DNA from: Candidatus Saccharimonadales bacterium
GTDB taxonomy: Bacteria; Patescibacteriota; Saccharimonadia; Saccharimonadales; UBA4665
Assembly (NCBI GenBank): GCA_035713075.1
Contig: DASTAD010000025.1
Location: forward strand, 10,568-74,567
Reading direction: 5' to 3'
DNA: 64,000 nt
In this document: positions 30,609-39,446 of the stretch, in pieces
How positions within the stretch are numbered: position 1 is the stretch's first letter
Layout: the number at the start of each line of letters is the position of its first letter
The notes under the pieces: generated by a model
Database searches by the model: none
Told to the model about the DNA's origin: nothing
The model's input: the letters and a program-made list of their open reading frames with translations, nothing else
Position numbers and translations under genes: made by a program

Positions 30609-31757
30609 TCAGCCGCCAATGTAGCCGCCGGCATATTGGAAGAGGAAATAAGTCCAGGAAATTGCAAAGAGAGCGACTACAACGGTGTAATAAACCTGCT
30701 TCCTGGCCAGAGTCCAGCCGTAGATCATAAGCGGTATCGGGAATGCCATCAGGACATAGCGGTTAAAGCCGCCGAACTGCTTGCCAACGATTGGTATCAA
30801 TAAGAACAAAAACGAATAAATGGACAGGCTTTTGCGCCTATTCCACCAATAAATTATGGCTGCAATAAGAAGACCGATAAAAATGACGTTATAAAAGTCC
30901 ATGGTATTAAAAAAACTGCCCAGTCCGTTCGAGACAAGCCAGCCGTGTTTTTTCTGCTCAGTTATAAACGCGAAAGGCTTCTGGAATTTATGAAGAAGAT
31001 AATACATAAAGCCGAGTAAGCCAAGCGCGCCGATAACGATTGAAAGAATAATCTTACTTAACTTTACTCTCTCTTCGATTAGGATTATTGCTACAAGCAA
31101 TACGACGAAGGCGCTTGTAATATGGGTGGCCGTACAGAACGCCAGCAGTATTGCTGACACCAGCCACTGTTTTTTGAGGGCGTAGTAGATCGCCCCGAGC
31201 GCTAGCGCGGCGAAAAGCGATTCCGTATAGGTGGCGAGGAAAAATACGGCAGTTGGAAAAAGCAGGAGCAATAGGACGCCTTGAAATAAGTCTTCCGAAC
31301 TATCGACTTGGAATAGCTGCTTAAGTATCTTCATATAAAAGAAAATTGCAACGCAAACGCCGATCCAAGAAATAACCAACCCGCTGATTAGCCAAGAAGG
31401 TATGAGCTGGTGAAAAAGACGGATTAGTAGAGGATATAGCGGAAAGAAATTGGTACTGCCGGCTGAAGTATAACCCTGCTTAGCGATATGAATATAGTTC
31501 GGACCGTCCCAGTTAGACATGAAGCTAAGCTTATTGCCAGGCTCGCCGATATAGTGAGCTATCGGCGCCGGGTTCGGCAGCATAATCTTATTGTTATACC
31601 AGCCAAGGCCGACTCCTAAAACAATGAAGCTAACACCGACCGCCAGCGCCAACGTCCATTGCCTTCGGCAGATTACACTTATAAGGCGTTTTACTAAGCT
31701 GGTTATAAAGACTTTAACTGACTGAAAGCTGGATATATCAGTTGGCGCCGGGTTCAT
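30609..31757 (-). CDS. GT-C type membrane glycosyl/mannosyltransferase-like protein (PIG-V/DUF2029-like)
   Basis: More than 9 TM segments. SNWDGPNYIHIAKQGY resembles the conserved loop of PIG-V-like mannosyltransferases. Confidence 0.45.
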   Translation of the reverse strand: MNPAPTDISSFQSVKVFITSLVKRLISVICRRQWTLALAVGVSFIVLGVGLGWYNNKIMLPNPAPIAHYIGEPGNKLSFMSNWDGPNYIHIAKQGYTSAGSTNFFPLYPLLIRLFHQLIPSWLISGLVISWIGVCVAIFFYMKILKQLFQVDSSEDLFQGVLLLLLFPTAVFFLATYTESLFAALALGAIYYALKKQWLVSAILLAFCTATHITSAFVVLLVAIILIEERVKLSKIILSIVIGALGLLGFMYYLLHKFQKPFAFITEQKKHGWLVSNGLGSFFNTMDFYNVIFIGLLIAAIIYWWNRRKSLSIYSFLFLLIPIVGKQFGGFNRYVLMAFPIPLMIYGWTLARKQVYYTVVVALFAISWTYFLFQYAGGYIGG

Positions 31758-32679
31758 TGGCGACAGACCTGGTTAATTTGAAACGATTAGGCACTATTTT
31801 GTTAATCACGGCGTTCTTTGAATGCAGGCTGCTGATAAGCAGATAGACGCCAATAGCCATCAGAAAGACGAGGTAGACGGACCGGTCTATAATGTTCGCC
31901 ACAACGATGCTGTTGCTGCTGATATGGTGTAGCTTCTCGGTTGAGAGGAGGAAGGATTCGCGTATCCCTATGGCGCCAGGGGTCAGGGCGACGAAGAGGG
32001 CCAGATTAGCCGCTCCGGTGTATGTAATAATTTGATCGATAGCGATATGGTGGTTGCCATTATGCAGTTCTATGCCATAAATTACTGCCTGGATGACAGA
32101 TTGCATGACTGTAGCAAGTACGAGATAGATAATATTGGCTGGACTTAGATTTAGTTCGCTGCGTTTAACTTTCGAGTAACTTAGGTAAAGATAAATGGCT
32201 AAAGCGATGGCGCAGACCATAATGAGAGTTGAAAGGACAGTAAGTTTCCAGGATTTGCTACCGAGCACCAGCATTATGATGCCGATGGAGCCATAGAAGA
32301 CATAGTAAAGGAGAGTTACGGCGATAAAATTCTTAACCTTAAGCTTATGCTTCTTGTATAAGTAGGCTCCCCTGATCGCTGGTCCGCTTTGACCGGGAAG
32401 GAAGAAATTAGCCAGTAGAGTGTAAGAATTTAAGGCCGCGTTCTCCTGGTTATCGAGTCGCTTAGAACATATGCGCAGCGTAGCGTCTAGAATAACCACC
32501 AGTATGCCTATCATCAGCACATACATTAAAAAAACAGAGATAACGACTTGAGGAGAAGTATGCATAAGCCGCGCTATTACGCTGCGGTGCGCCTTGAGAT
32601 ATATGCTGCATGCTAAGATTGTAGCTAGCGGCATAATAACGGCTACATATAACTTAAACTTTTTATTTACCATATCCAC
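31738..32679 (-). CDS. UPF0104 / lysyl-PG-synthase-TM-region-like (flippase-like) membrane protein
   Basis: Polytopic. FFLPGQSGPAIRGAYL and LTPGAIGIRE motifs. Confidence 0.45.
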   Translation of the reverse strand: MDMVNKKFKLYVAVIMPLATILACSIYLKAHRSVIARLMHTSPQVVISVFLMYVLMIGILVVILDATLRICSKRLDNQENAALNSYTLLANFFLPGQSGPAIRGAYLYKKHKLKVKNFIAVTLLYYVFYGSIGIIMLVLGSKSWKLTVLSTLIMVCAIALAIYLYLSYSKVKRSELNLSPANIIYLVLATVMQSVIQAVIYGIELHNGNHHIAIDQIITYTGAANLALFVALTPGAIGIRESFLLSTEKLHHISSNSIVVANIIDRSVYLVFLMAIGVYLLISSLHSKNAVINKIVPNRFKLTRSVANEPGAN

Positions 32680-32770
32680 TAATTATACTAACTTATTTTA
32701 CAGGGTTAATAAGCATTTACAAAAAAATACAGTTTGTCTACAGGTCCAAACTTAATTGTAAAGTGAGGCT

Positions 32771-34303
32771 ATGAAAGTAAAGATAATTAACAGCTTCTTA
32801 AGGATCATTGATTCAAGTAGGTTTTTTAAAGCGATAATGGCGTTATTCGCCGTCGAATCCGCTTGGATCGCCTGTTCCGCCGTCTATCCGCAGGCTTTTG
32901 ACGAGGATTTTCACTTGGGCTTAATCCGGATATATGCCAGGCATTTATCGCCTTTCTTGAGTCAACAGCCAGCCGGGTCAGCGCGCTACGGCGCGGTCGC
33001 GCAGGACCCTTCTTACCTGTTCCATTATCTGATGAGCTTTCCCTACCGCCTGGTGGCGCTTTTAACTAATGATCAAACTTTACAGATAGTCAGTCTGCGC
33101 ATTGTCGACATTATTCTATTCGGCGGCGGGTTAATACTGTTTAAAAAGCTGCTAATGCGCGCCGGAGTAAGTCGCCGGCTTGTAAATGTCTCGCTCCTGA
33201 TCTTCATTTTGATACCAATTGTTCCTCAGTTGGCCGGCCAGATAAATTACGATGATTTGTTATTCCTGATGGTGCCTTTATCCTGCCTTATAGCCTTCGA
33301 TTGCCTCGACGGCTTGAAAAAAAAGATTATTCCCTACCGGTCTTTATTTTTACTCCTGAGTGTCTGTTTGCTTGCTAGCTTAGTTACCTACGCTTTCCTG
33401 CCAGTTTACTTAGCCGAAATCTTATTCCTGATCGGGTTTGCCGCCATTAAATTTTGGCGACATCAATTACCGCTTAAGAATATAGCAGCTCGAAATTTAA
33501 AGGCCAGTTTAACACTACCAAATGTCATCATTGCCCTATTGTTTCTTTTAAGTTCGATTTTGTTCCTCCAGCGATACGGGTTAAATCTAATTCACTATCA
33601 TTCGATAAATCCCGATTGCGCGAAAATACTGAGCGTAAAAGAGTGCAGCCAGTATAAACCCTGGTATTACGATTACACTAACCGTCAAACTGTCAAAAGC
33701 AAGGGCGTCCATGTCTCCCGAAATCTCATTTATTATTTGGGCCAATGGATTTACTGGATGTGGTTCAGGTTATTCTTCGCCGTCAACGGACCCCGCAGCA
33801 GTTTCCGCAATTACCCTCCCCTGCCGCTGCCGGCACTGGGGGCCATTTTACTGACTCTAGGTTCAGCTTACGCCTTAATTAGATACTGGCGAAAGGTATT
33901 AGTGGACAGGTCGTATAATCAGCTTTTGCTGCTTATATTCGCCTTGTATGCGGGTTCGCTATTTATTAAAGGTTTCGTAACCTATACCCATACATCGGTG
34001 CGTGAAAACATGAACGGTCGGTATCTGTTAGCCGTTCTGCCGCTTTTAATACCCGCACTTGTCAGCGCATCCCAGCTAGCACTATCGCGAAAAGAAAAGC
34101 TAAGGCAGTATCTGATGCTTTTTATAGTCGTCATGTTCCTGGAAGGAGGCGGTACGCTGACTTTCATAGTTCGGAGCAATAAATCCTGGGATTGGCACAG
34201 TCCGACCGTCGTGCGCGCTAATAACGCCGCCCGCGACGTCACTCACTACTTAATCATCAAAGGCAGTAAATATTACTCAGGAAAGATGTGGTTCTTCGAT
34301 TAA
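32771..34303 (+). CDS. large polytopic membrane protein, probable GT-C (ArnT/PMT-like) glycosyltransferase
   Basis: 510 aa, more than 10 TM segments, early acidic loop (PQAFDEDFHL), located in a glycosylation neighbourhood. Confidence 0.35.
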   Translation: MKVKIINSFLRIIDSSRFFKAIMALFAVESAWIACSAVYPQAFDEDFHLGLIRIYARHLSPFLSQQPAGSARYGAVAQDPSYLFHYLMSFPYRLVALLTNDQTLQIVSLRIVDIILFGGGLILFKKLLMRAGVSRRLVNVSLLIFILIPIVPQLAGQINYDDLLFLMVPLSCLIAFDCLDGLKKKIIPYRSLFLLLSVCLLASLVTYAFLPVYLAEILFLIGFAAIKFWRHQLPLKNIAARNLKASLTLPNVIIALLFLLSSILFLQRYGLNLIHYHSINPDCAKILSVKECSQYKPWYYDYTNRQTVKSKGVHVSRNLIYYLGQWIYWMWFRLFFAVNGPRSSFRNYPPLPLPALGAILLTLGSAYALIRYWRKVLVDRSYNQLLLLIFALYAGSLFIKGFVTYTHTSVRENMNGRYLLAVLPLLIPALVSASQLALSRKEKLRQYLMLFIVVMFLEGGGTLTFIVRSNKSWDWHSPTVVRANNAARDVTHYLIIKGSKYYSGKMWFFD

Positions 34304-34313
34304 TATTGACGAT

Positions 34314-35291
34314 CTAACTGTCTTCTTCCAAATTGACTAACCGTTCATGATAGCGGTTACGCCTTCCCTCCTCGAGTACGTCTTCTATCAGCGATCTGTT
34401 GACGCTAATTAGATTCGCCACTATCCCTAGAGTAAAGGATAAGAAGGAAGCGTTTAAAAGGACAGTCCCGATAATTAAAGACTGAAGAAAATGAGCGCTT
34501 GATTTGTCATGCTCGACATAAGCCTTATAAACATAATGGACGAATGGTATCAGGCCGCCGATGAACAAAATGACGCTAATGCTCAAAAAGACCATGTAGG
34601 GTTTATACATAGCAAATGAATTGATTAAGGCGACGGCTGACTTTCTGACGTGTTCCCAGTTAGATTTAAACAAGCGAGACTCGCGGGTCTTAGGATTAGT
34701 GTTGATCTTAATCGTCCGGATAGACATCCGTTTGTAATTCGCTTGCAATGTCGTTTCCATGGCGAAATTAAACCGGCCGATTAAATTCATCTTGATAGCC
34801 GCTTCCGAAGTATATGCCCTAAAACCGCTGGTGCTATCAGGCAGATTGGTCTCAGCTGCCGCGTTCATGACTTTTGTGCCGAATTGTTGCAGATATTTCT
34901 TAGTTCTAGAAAAATGCTTAATCTTGTGCACTTGCCTATCGGCGATGACGGTATCGGCTTGACCATCAAGGATCGGCTGGATGAGATCGGGAATTTTTTC
35001 CTGGGGGTACTGATTATCTCCGTCTGTCAGCACTAAGATGTCCGCTCCTAGCTCGAGAGCTCCTTGAATTCCATCGCGCAAGGAATAGGCCAGTCCCCTG
35101 TTTCGGGCGTGGTGGATAAAGTGTCTGACCCCTAGATTCTTGGCGACTTCGACTGTGTCGTCGCTGCAGCCGTCATCTATAATCAGAACCTCTATGGAAT
35201 CAATGCCCTTTATTTTTTTAGGAATTTTAGATAGGACTAAAGGCAAGGTTGCCTCTTCGTTTAAGCAAGGTATCATGACGACGAGTTTCAT
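34314..35291 (-). CDS. family 2 glycosyltransferase (polyprenyl-phosphate sugar synthase-like) with C-terminal TM pair
   Basis: VVMIPCLNEE, IIDDGCSDDT and the TDGDNQY (DxD) motif. Two C-terminal TM helices. Confidence 0.8.
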   Translation of the reverse strand: MKLVVMIPCLNEEATLPLVLSKIPKKIKGIDSIEVLIIDDGCSDDTVEVAKNLGVRHFIHHARNRGLAYSLRDGIQGALELGADILVLTDGDNQYPQEKIPDLIQPILDGQADTVIADRQVHKIKHFSRTKKYLQQFGTKVMNAAAETNLPDSTSGFRAYTSEAAIKMNLIGRFNFAMETTLQANYKRMSIRTIKINTNPKTRESRLFKSNWEHVRKSAVALINSFAMYKPYMVFLSISVILFIGGLIPFVHYVYKAYVEHDKSSAHFLQSLIIGTVLLNASFLSFTLGIVANLISVNRSLIEDVLEEGRRNRYHERLVNLEEDS

Positions 35292-35392
35292 TATGTCTCC
35301 CTAAATCAATACTTCACTTTACTAGCATATTATTGTAATTAAGCTGAAATGTCATTAGTTCAAGCCGATTTTACCAGCCAGAACAGTTCTGT

Positions 35393-36334
35393 TTAGAGCT
35401 CTTCTAATTTTTGCAGCTGTACCGAACCGCGGGCAACGTAAATGTATGCTCCGGCTATGACGATCAGCAGCAGGTAAATGATAATCAGCAGGAAGTTAAG
35501 GTGAAATTTGACAAGTGTCGTAGATATCGATTGCAAGCTCCTGAGCAGCATCGTAATCAGGATCGTCCCGGATATGCCGATAGCGAAGGTTTTGATGCCA
35601 TTTTTGTAGATTATGCCTTTTACGTTGTTCCTGAATACGAAGAGGTTGTAGACCGCTTGAATCCCGAGGAACCAATAGCATAGCCGGGGAATAAGCACCG
35701 TCAGTGTAATCAGCCAATCCGGCTCATAATATGTGGCTACGGCTACACCGTCGGCAGGATAGCGGCGCGACGGATCGTGGAGCGCAAGCATGACGTAAAA
35801 AGAGGCGTAAGCGATGAACAGTAAGATTATGGGCAATGAGGCGCTGAATTTGGTATCGGAAATGACTTTTAATAATCTCTGGGATCCCAGATAAATCAGG
35901 TAAAATCCGACAAGCAGAAGCAGCAGATCGATATATACTTGAAGTCTTACCAGGCTTGCGGTAGAGGCCGGATGGCCAGTGTAGTATTGCTTAAAAAAGT
36001 TAGTCATAACTGACGATATAGGCAGCCATAACACAAGCAAGAATAAACCTTGCGATAAGGTAAAGAAGCCCTGTCCGTCTTTCTCGCCTCTAATTTTAGT
36101 GGCGTAATCGCGAAGCCTGAGAAAACCATAAAACGCTATTAGCCAAATAACGACGTAGGGAATTTCAATCGTCAGTAGCAATAATTTCAGATGGCCAGCG
36201 GTTATGTGATACAGGTGCAGCGTGCTTGGGTTAGGCGGGACGACGAGTGATTGGTAGAGATAAGCAACAATAAGAAGCAGATAAATTAAACTTATTCGGT
36301 TATGTTGCCTGAAGAGTTGCCAGATATTTTTCAT
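35393..36334 (-). CDS. polytopic membrane protein of unknown function
   Basis: 313 aa with 8 TM segments or more. Contains one copy of the 39-bp repeat (codons for LYHITAGHLKLL). Confidence 0.5.
   Translation of the reverse strand: MKNIWQLFRQHNRISLIYLLLIVAYLYQSLVVPPNPSTLHLYHITAGHLKLLLLTIEIPYVVIWLIAFYGFLRLRDYATKIRGEKDGQGFFTLSQGLFLLVLWLPISSVMTNFFKQYYTGHPASTASLVRLQVYIDLLLLLVGFYLIYLGSQRLLKVISDTKFSASLPIILLFIAYASFYVMLALHDPSRRYPADGVAVATYYEPDWLITLTVLIPRLCYWFLGIQAVYNLFVFRNNVKGIIYKNGIKTFAIGISGTILITMLLRSLQSISTTLVKFHLNFLLIIIYLLLIVIAGAYIYVARGSVQLQKLEEL
36178..36216. repeat. 39-bp perfect inverted-repeat copy A (partner at 55739-55777)
   Basis: The reverse complement of 36178-36216 is ACCTGTATCACATAACCGCTGGCCATCTGAAATTATTGC, identical to the plus strand at 55739-55777. 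Confidence 0.9.
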
Positions 36335-36422
36335 TGCTAGGCCAAATTAAGCCGCTCCCTGCGTCGTATTAGATATGTAAGTAAATATTCTAATACAACC
36401 GGTGATTTAAATCTACGCCGCT

Positions 36423-36818
36423 TTAAACTGTAGGCAGTTGACTTAAAATTAAATGCCTTTGGCGAGGTCCATCGAGTTCTACCAAAACGATACGCTGCCA
36501 GGCCCCTAGATCAAAGTCAGAATTTTTAAATGGCAAGCTAAGCGACGCTCCTAAGATAAAAGACCATAGGTGGTCCGGAAAATGCTCCGGTTGATGAGGG
36601 TGCCTCCATTTTAGCTGAGGGGTTAATTTCTCAATTGCAGCGAGATAATCTGCGTCAGTTCCGGGGTCCATATCGGCTATAGCGACCGCGGCAGTCGTAT
36701 GCTTAATAAAAACATGGGCTATGCCGTCGCCGGATAATTGGCGGGAAAGCAGATCGGTTATATCAATGACCTGCCTTTTTTTAGTTGTCGAAACAGTTAT
36801 TTCCATGTCTGCCATCAT
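36423..36818 (-). CDS. yjbQ: YjbQ/UPF0047 family protein (secondary thiamine-phosphate synthase)
   Basis: VFIKHTTAAVAIADMDPG and HPHQPEHFPDHL motifs of UPF0047. Confidence 0.8.
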   Translation of the reverse strand: MMADMEITVSTTKKRQVIDITDLLSRQLSGDGIAHVFIKHTTAAVAIADMDPGTDADYLAAIEKLTPQLKWRHPHQPEHFPDHLWSFILGASLSLPFKNSDFDLGAWQRIVLVELDGPRQRHLILSQLPTV

Positions 36819-36952
36819 GAACGTTTAATCAGGGAAACTCAGCGTCAAATCCCACACCTGTCATTAAAATTATTACTGAAGTCTTTCCTTTAAAGGAACT
36901 ATTATCTCTCATAGATGAGGATATTTACTAAGTAAAACAATGGGAGTGCTAG

Positions 36953-37222
36953 ATGGTTAAAAAATGGTCGGGGGATGTTACTCAAAATAGCGACGCCTTG
37001 GATTTGGAGGAAGGCGTCTTTACTCTAAATGACCCCCGCCAGATCGCCAGGTCTTTGAAATACTCAGCCGAAGTCAGCAAGCGCAGGAAAACCGATCCCT
37101 TTCGCTCGGCCATGTCGATGCTTAATTTTTACATAAACCGCGGCGGAGATAATATACCCGCCTCCCAGCTTAGAATCTTAAATCAAGCTAAGGTTGAACT
37201 AAGGAAAGAGTTTGGTCGATAA
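36953..37222 (+). CDS. DUF3175 domain protein
   Basis: SDALDLEEGVF...DPRQIARSLKYSAEVSKRRKTDPFRSAMSMLNFYINRGG matches the DUF3175 pattern. Confidence 0.75.
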   Translation: MVKKWSGDVTQNSDALDLEEGVFTLNDPRQIARSLKYSAEVSKRRKTDPFRSAMSMLNFYINRGGDNIPASQLRILNQAKVELRKEFGR

Positions 37223-37338
37223 GGCCAGATAATCACTTAAGCCTTTAACATATTAGGCGGGTGGTATCAATTAGAAAACCGTATACAAAAAATAAGGGTT
37301 GTCTTATATAATGTGGCGACATATAAAGAGGCAAAAAA

Positions 37339-38535
37339 TTGGAACATAAAACCGTTTCTACGACGACGAAATCACTGAAGGTGCGCCATGAACGCGCCAT
37401 GGTCGAACTGGAGCGTTATAAGATTCTCGTCGATACCATTGAAGACTACGCTATTTTTTTTATCGACCCTGTAGGCTATATCATGTCATGGAACCGGGGA
37501 GCCCAGAAGACCAAAGGCTATACCGAAGACGAGATAATCGGCGAGCATTTTTCGAAATTTTATCTTGAAGATGACGTGATCGCTAAAAAGCCCGAGCGTG
37601 AACTTGAGCTGGCGCTGAAAATGGGACGGGTAGAGGATGAGGATTGGCGGGTTCGTAAAGACGGATCGACATTCTGGGCGAATGTCGTCATTACTGCCCT
37701 CTATGACTCCAACCATAACCATATTGGTTTCGCGAAAGTGACCCGTGACTTAACTGAGAGGAAAATCCATGAGGACGCCCTCAGAAAAGCCAATACCCAG
37801 CTGGTGTCTCAGCAGCAAGAACTGGAGCGACTAAACGTTTCGAAAGACGAATTCATTTCTCTCGCCTCGCATCAGCTGAGGACCCCCTCGACAGCGATAA
37901 AGCAACTTCTTGGCATGCTGAAGGAAGGTTTCTACGGCGAAATACCCGACGATATTCAAACTGTTATCACAAAGGCCTATACAAGCAATGAGAGGCTCAT
38001 AAACACCGTTAACAGCCTGCTTAGAGTTGCTCAACTCGATGCCGGTAAGGTGATACTGAAGAAAGTGCCAGTCAATATGGGCCAGTTGCTTCACGATATC
38101 TACGAGGAACAAGCTGATACTATTAAAAGCCGTAACCAGGAATTTAAATTATCCTTGCCGGTTAAGCAGACCGTCCATATGGAAGCCGATTACGATAACC
38201 TCCGTATGGCAATCAGCAATCTGCTAGACAATGCCACTAAGTACACGTCCGAAGGCGGCAAAATAGTCGTATCATTAAAGCGGGAAGCTAAAAAAATAAC
38301 TATCTGCGTGCAGGATAACGGCGTGGGCATAAAAAAACAGGACATCAATAAGTTGTTTGAAAAGTTTGTCCGCATACCTAATGAACTTTCGCAAAAAGTT
38401 GGCGGCAGCGGATTAGGTCTCTATTGGGTAAGAAAGATTATCGAGCTTCATGGCGGCAAAATTAAAGTCGCTTCCGATAAAAAGAACGGAACCCAGTTCA
38501 CGATTATCTTTCCTGTTGACAGTTCCTATGCGTAG
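37339..38535 (+). CDS. PAS-domain sensor histidine kinase (cytoplasmic)
   Basis: PAS region (GYIMSWNRGAQKTKGYTEDEIIG), H-box SHQLRTP, N-box LLDNATKYT, G-boxes DNGVGI and GSGLGL. TTG start after AAAGAGG. Confidence 0.88.
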   Translation: MEHKTVSTTTKSLKVRHERAMVELERYKILVDTIEDYAIFFIDPVGYIMSWNRGAQKTKGYTEDEIIGEHFSKFYLEDDVIAKKPERELELALKMGRVEDEDWRVRKDGSTFWANVVITALYDSNHNHIGFAKVTRDLTERKIHEDALRKANTQLVSQQQELERLNVSKDEFISLASHQLRTPSTAIKQLLGMLKEGFYGEIPDDIQTVITKAYTSNERLINTVNSLLRVAQLDAGKVILKKVPVNMGQLLHDIYEEQADTIKSRNQEFKLSLPVKQTVHMEADYDNLRMAISNLLDNATKYTSEGGKIVVSLKREAKKITICVQDNGVGIKKQDINKLFEKFVRIPNELSQKVGGSGLGLYWVRKIIELHGGKIKVASDKKNGTQFTIIFPVDSSYA

Positions 38536-38902
38536 GATACTGGTCGTCGAGGATGACGACCTACTTAGAGAAAGCTACAAGATAATATTGTCATCTGGGC
38601 CCTATTTCGTCGAAACGGCCGAAAACGGAAAAGTTGGACTTCAAAGATATAAGCAGAACAATTATGACTTAGTGCTTTTAGATATCATGATGCCGGTGAT
38701 GGGAGGAGTCGAATTTTTAAAAAGCGTAGCTTCCCTACCGCGGAAGTCAAAAATAATCTTGCTGACTAACCTGTCTGACGGACCGGAAGTTGAAGCCGCC
38801 CTTAAAGCCGGCGCCGTGGGACATCTCTTAAAAGCTGATATTTCTCCGAAACAGCTGATAAGTAAAGTGCGTTACGAAGTTGAAGCAACCCGATATGATT
38901 AG
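38528..38902 (+). CDS. stand-alone response-regulator receiver domain
   Basis: MRRILVVEDDD, LVLLDIMMP, and no output domain. The ATG at 38528 overlaps the kinase stop by 8 nt. Paralogous to 27119-27544. Confidence 0.85.
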   Translation: MRRILVVEDDDLLRESYKIILSSGPYFVETAENGKVGLQRYKQNNYDLVLLDIMMPVMGGVEFLKSVASLPRKSKIILLTNLSDGPEVEAALKAGAVGHLLKADISPKQLISKVRYEVEATRYD

Positions 38903-39062
38903 GGTCCTTATAATAAATTTAAGTGGTATCAATCGCCCTTAGAGGCCTCAAAAGAATATCCTCACCACTGTTAAACAGCAGTAAAAGTTAAATTCTTCAT
39001 AGTGAAATCTAAGCGTTACCCATATTCTTAGGGTTACAGTAAACAAGGAGGCACATAACAGT

Positions 39063-39329
39063 ATGAGCATAATAGTATTTTTAATCCTAGGTGGAATCGT
39101 CGGCTGGATAGCTGCCAGGATAATGGGACGAAACGAGGGAATTTTAGCTAGTATAGTTATTGGTATTATCGGATCATTTATCGGTAGCTTTATCGCCAGG
39201 TTATTTACCAACGGTACATCCTACCTGTCGCTGAACTGGAGCGGAATTCTTTGGTCTCTAATCGGGGCGGTTATACTGGTGGCGATTATGAACGCCTTCT
39301 CGCACCCCCGGCACCATCACGTACAGTAA
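39063..39329 (+). CDS. GlsB/YeaQ/YmgE (transglycosylase-associated) family stress membrane protein
   Basis: 88 aa. ILGGIVGWIAARIMG and GIIGSFIGSFI repeats. Strong SD (AAGGAGG). Confidence 0.75.
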   Translation: MSIIVFLILGGIVGWIAARIMGRNEGILASIVIGIIGSFIGSFIARLFTNGTSYLSLNWSGILWSLIGAVILVAIMNAFSHPRHHHVQ

Positions 39330-39355
39330 TTAAGTTTTTAGGGTCTAGAATAAAG

Positions 39356-39385
39356 ACCGCGTCTAACCGATAGGCGCGGTTTTTC
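39356..39385 (+). terminator. rho-independent terminator
   Basis: ACCGCGTCT-AACCGAT-AGGCGCGGT is a 9-bp stem (one G-U) followed by TTTT, 27 nt after the stop at 39329. Confidence 0.65.
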
Positions 39386-39446
39386 ATATATGTACTCTTA
39401 ATGGAAATCAGCCCTTATCGGTAAAGCGCGCAAGAATTAATTCTTT

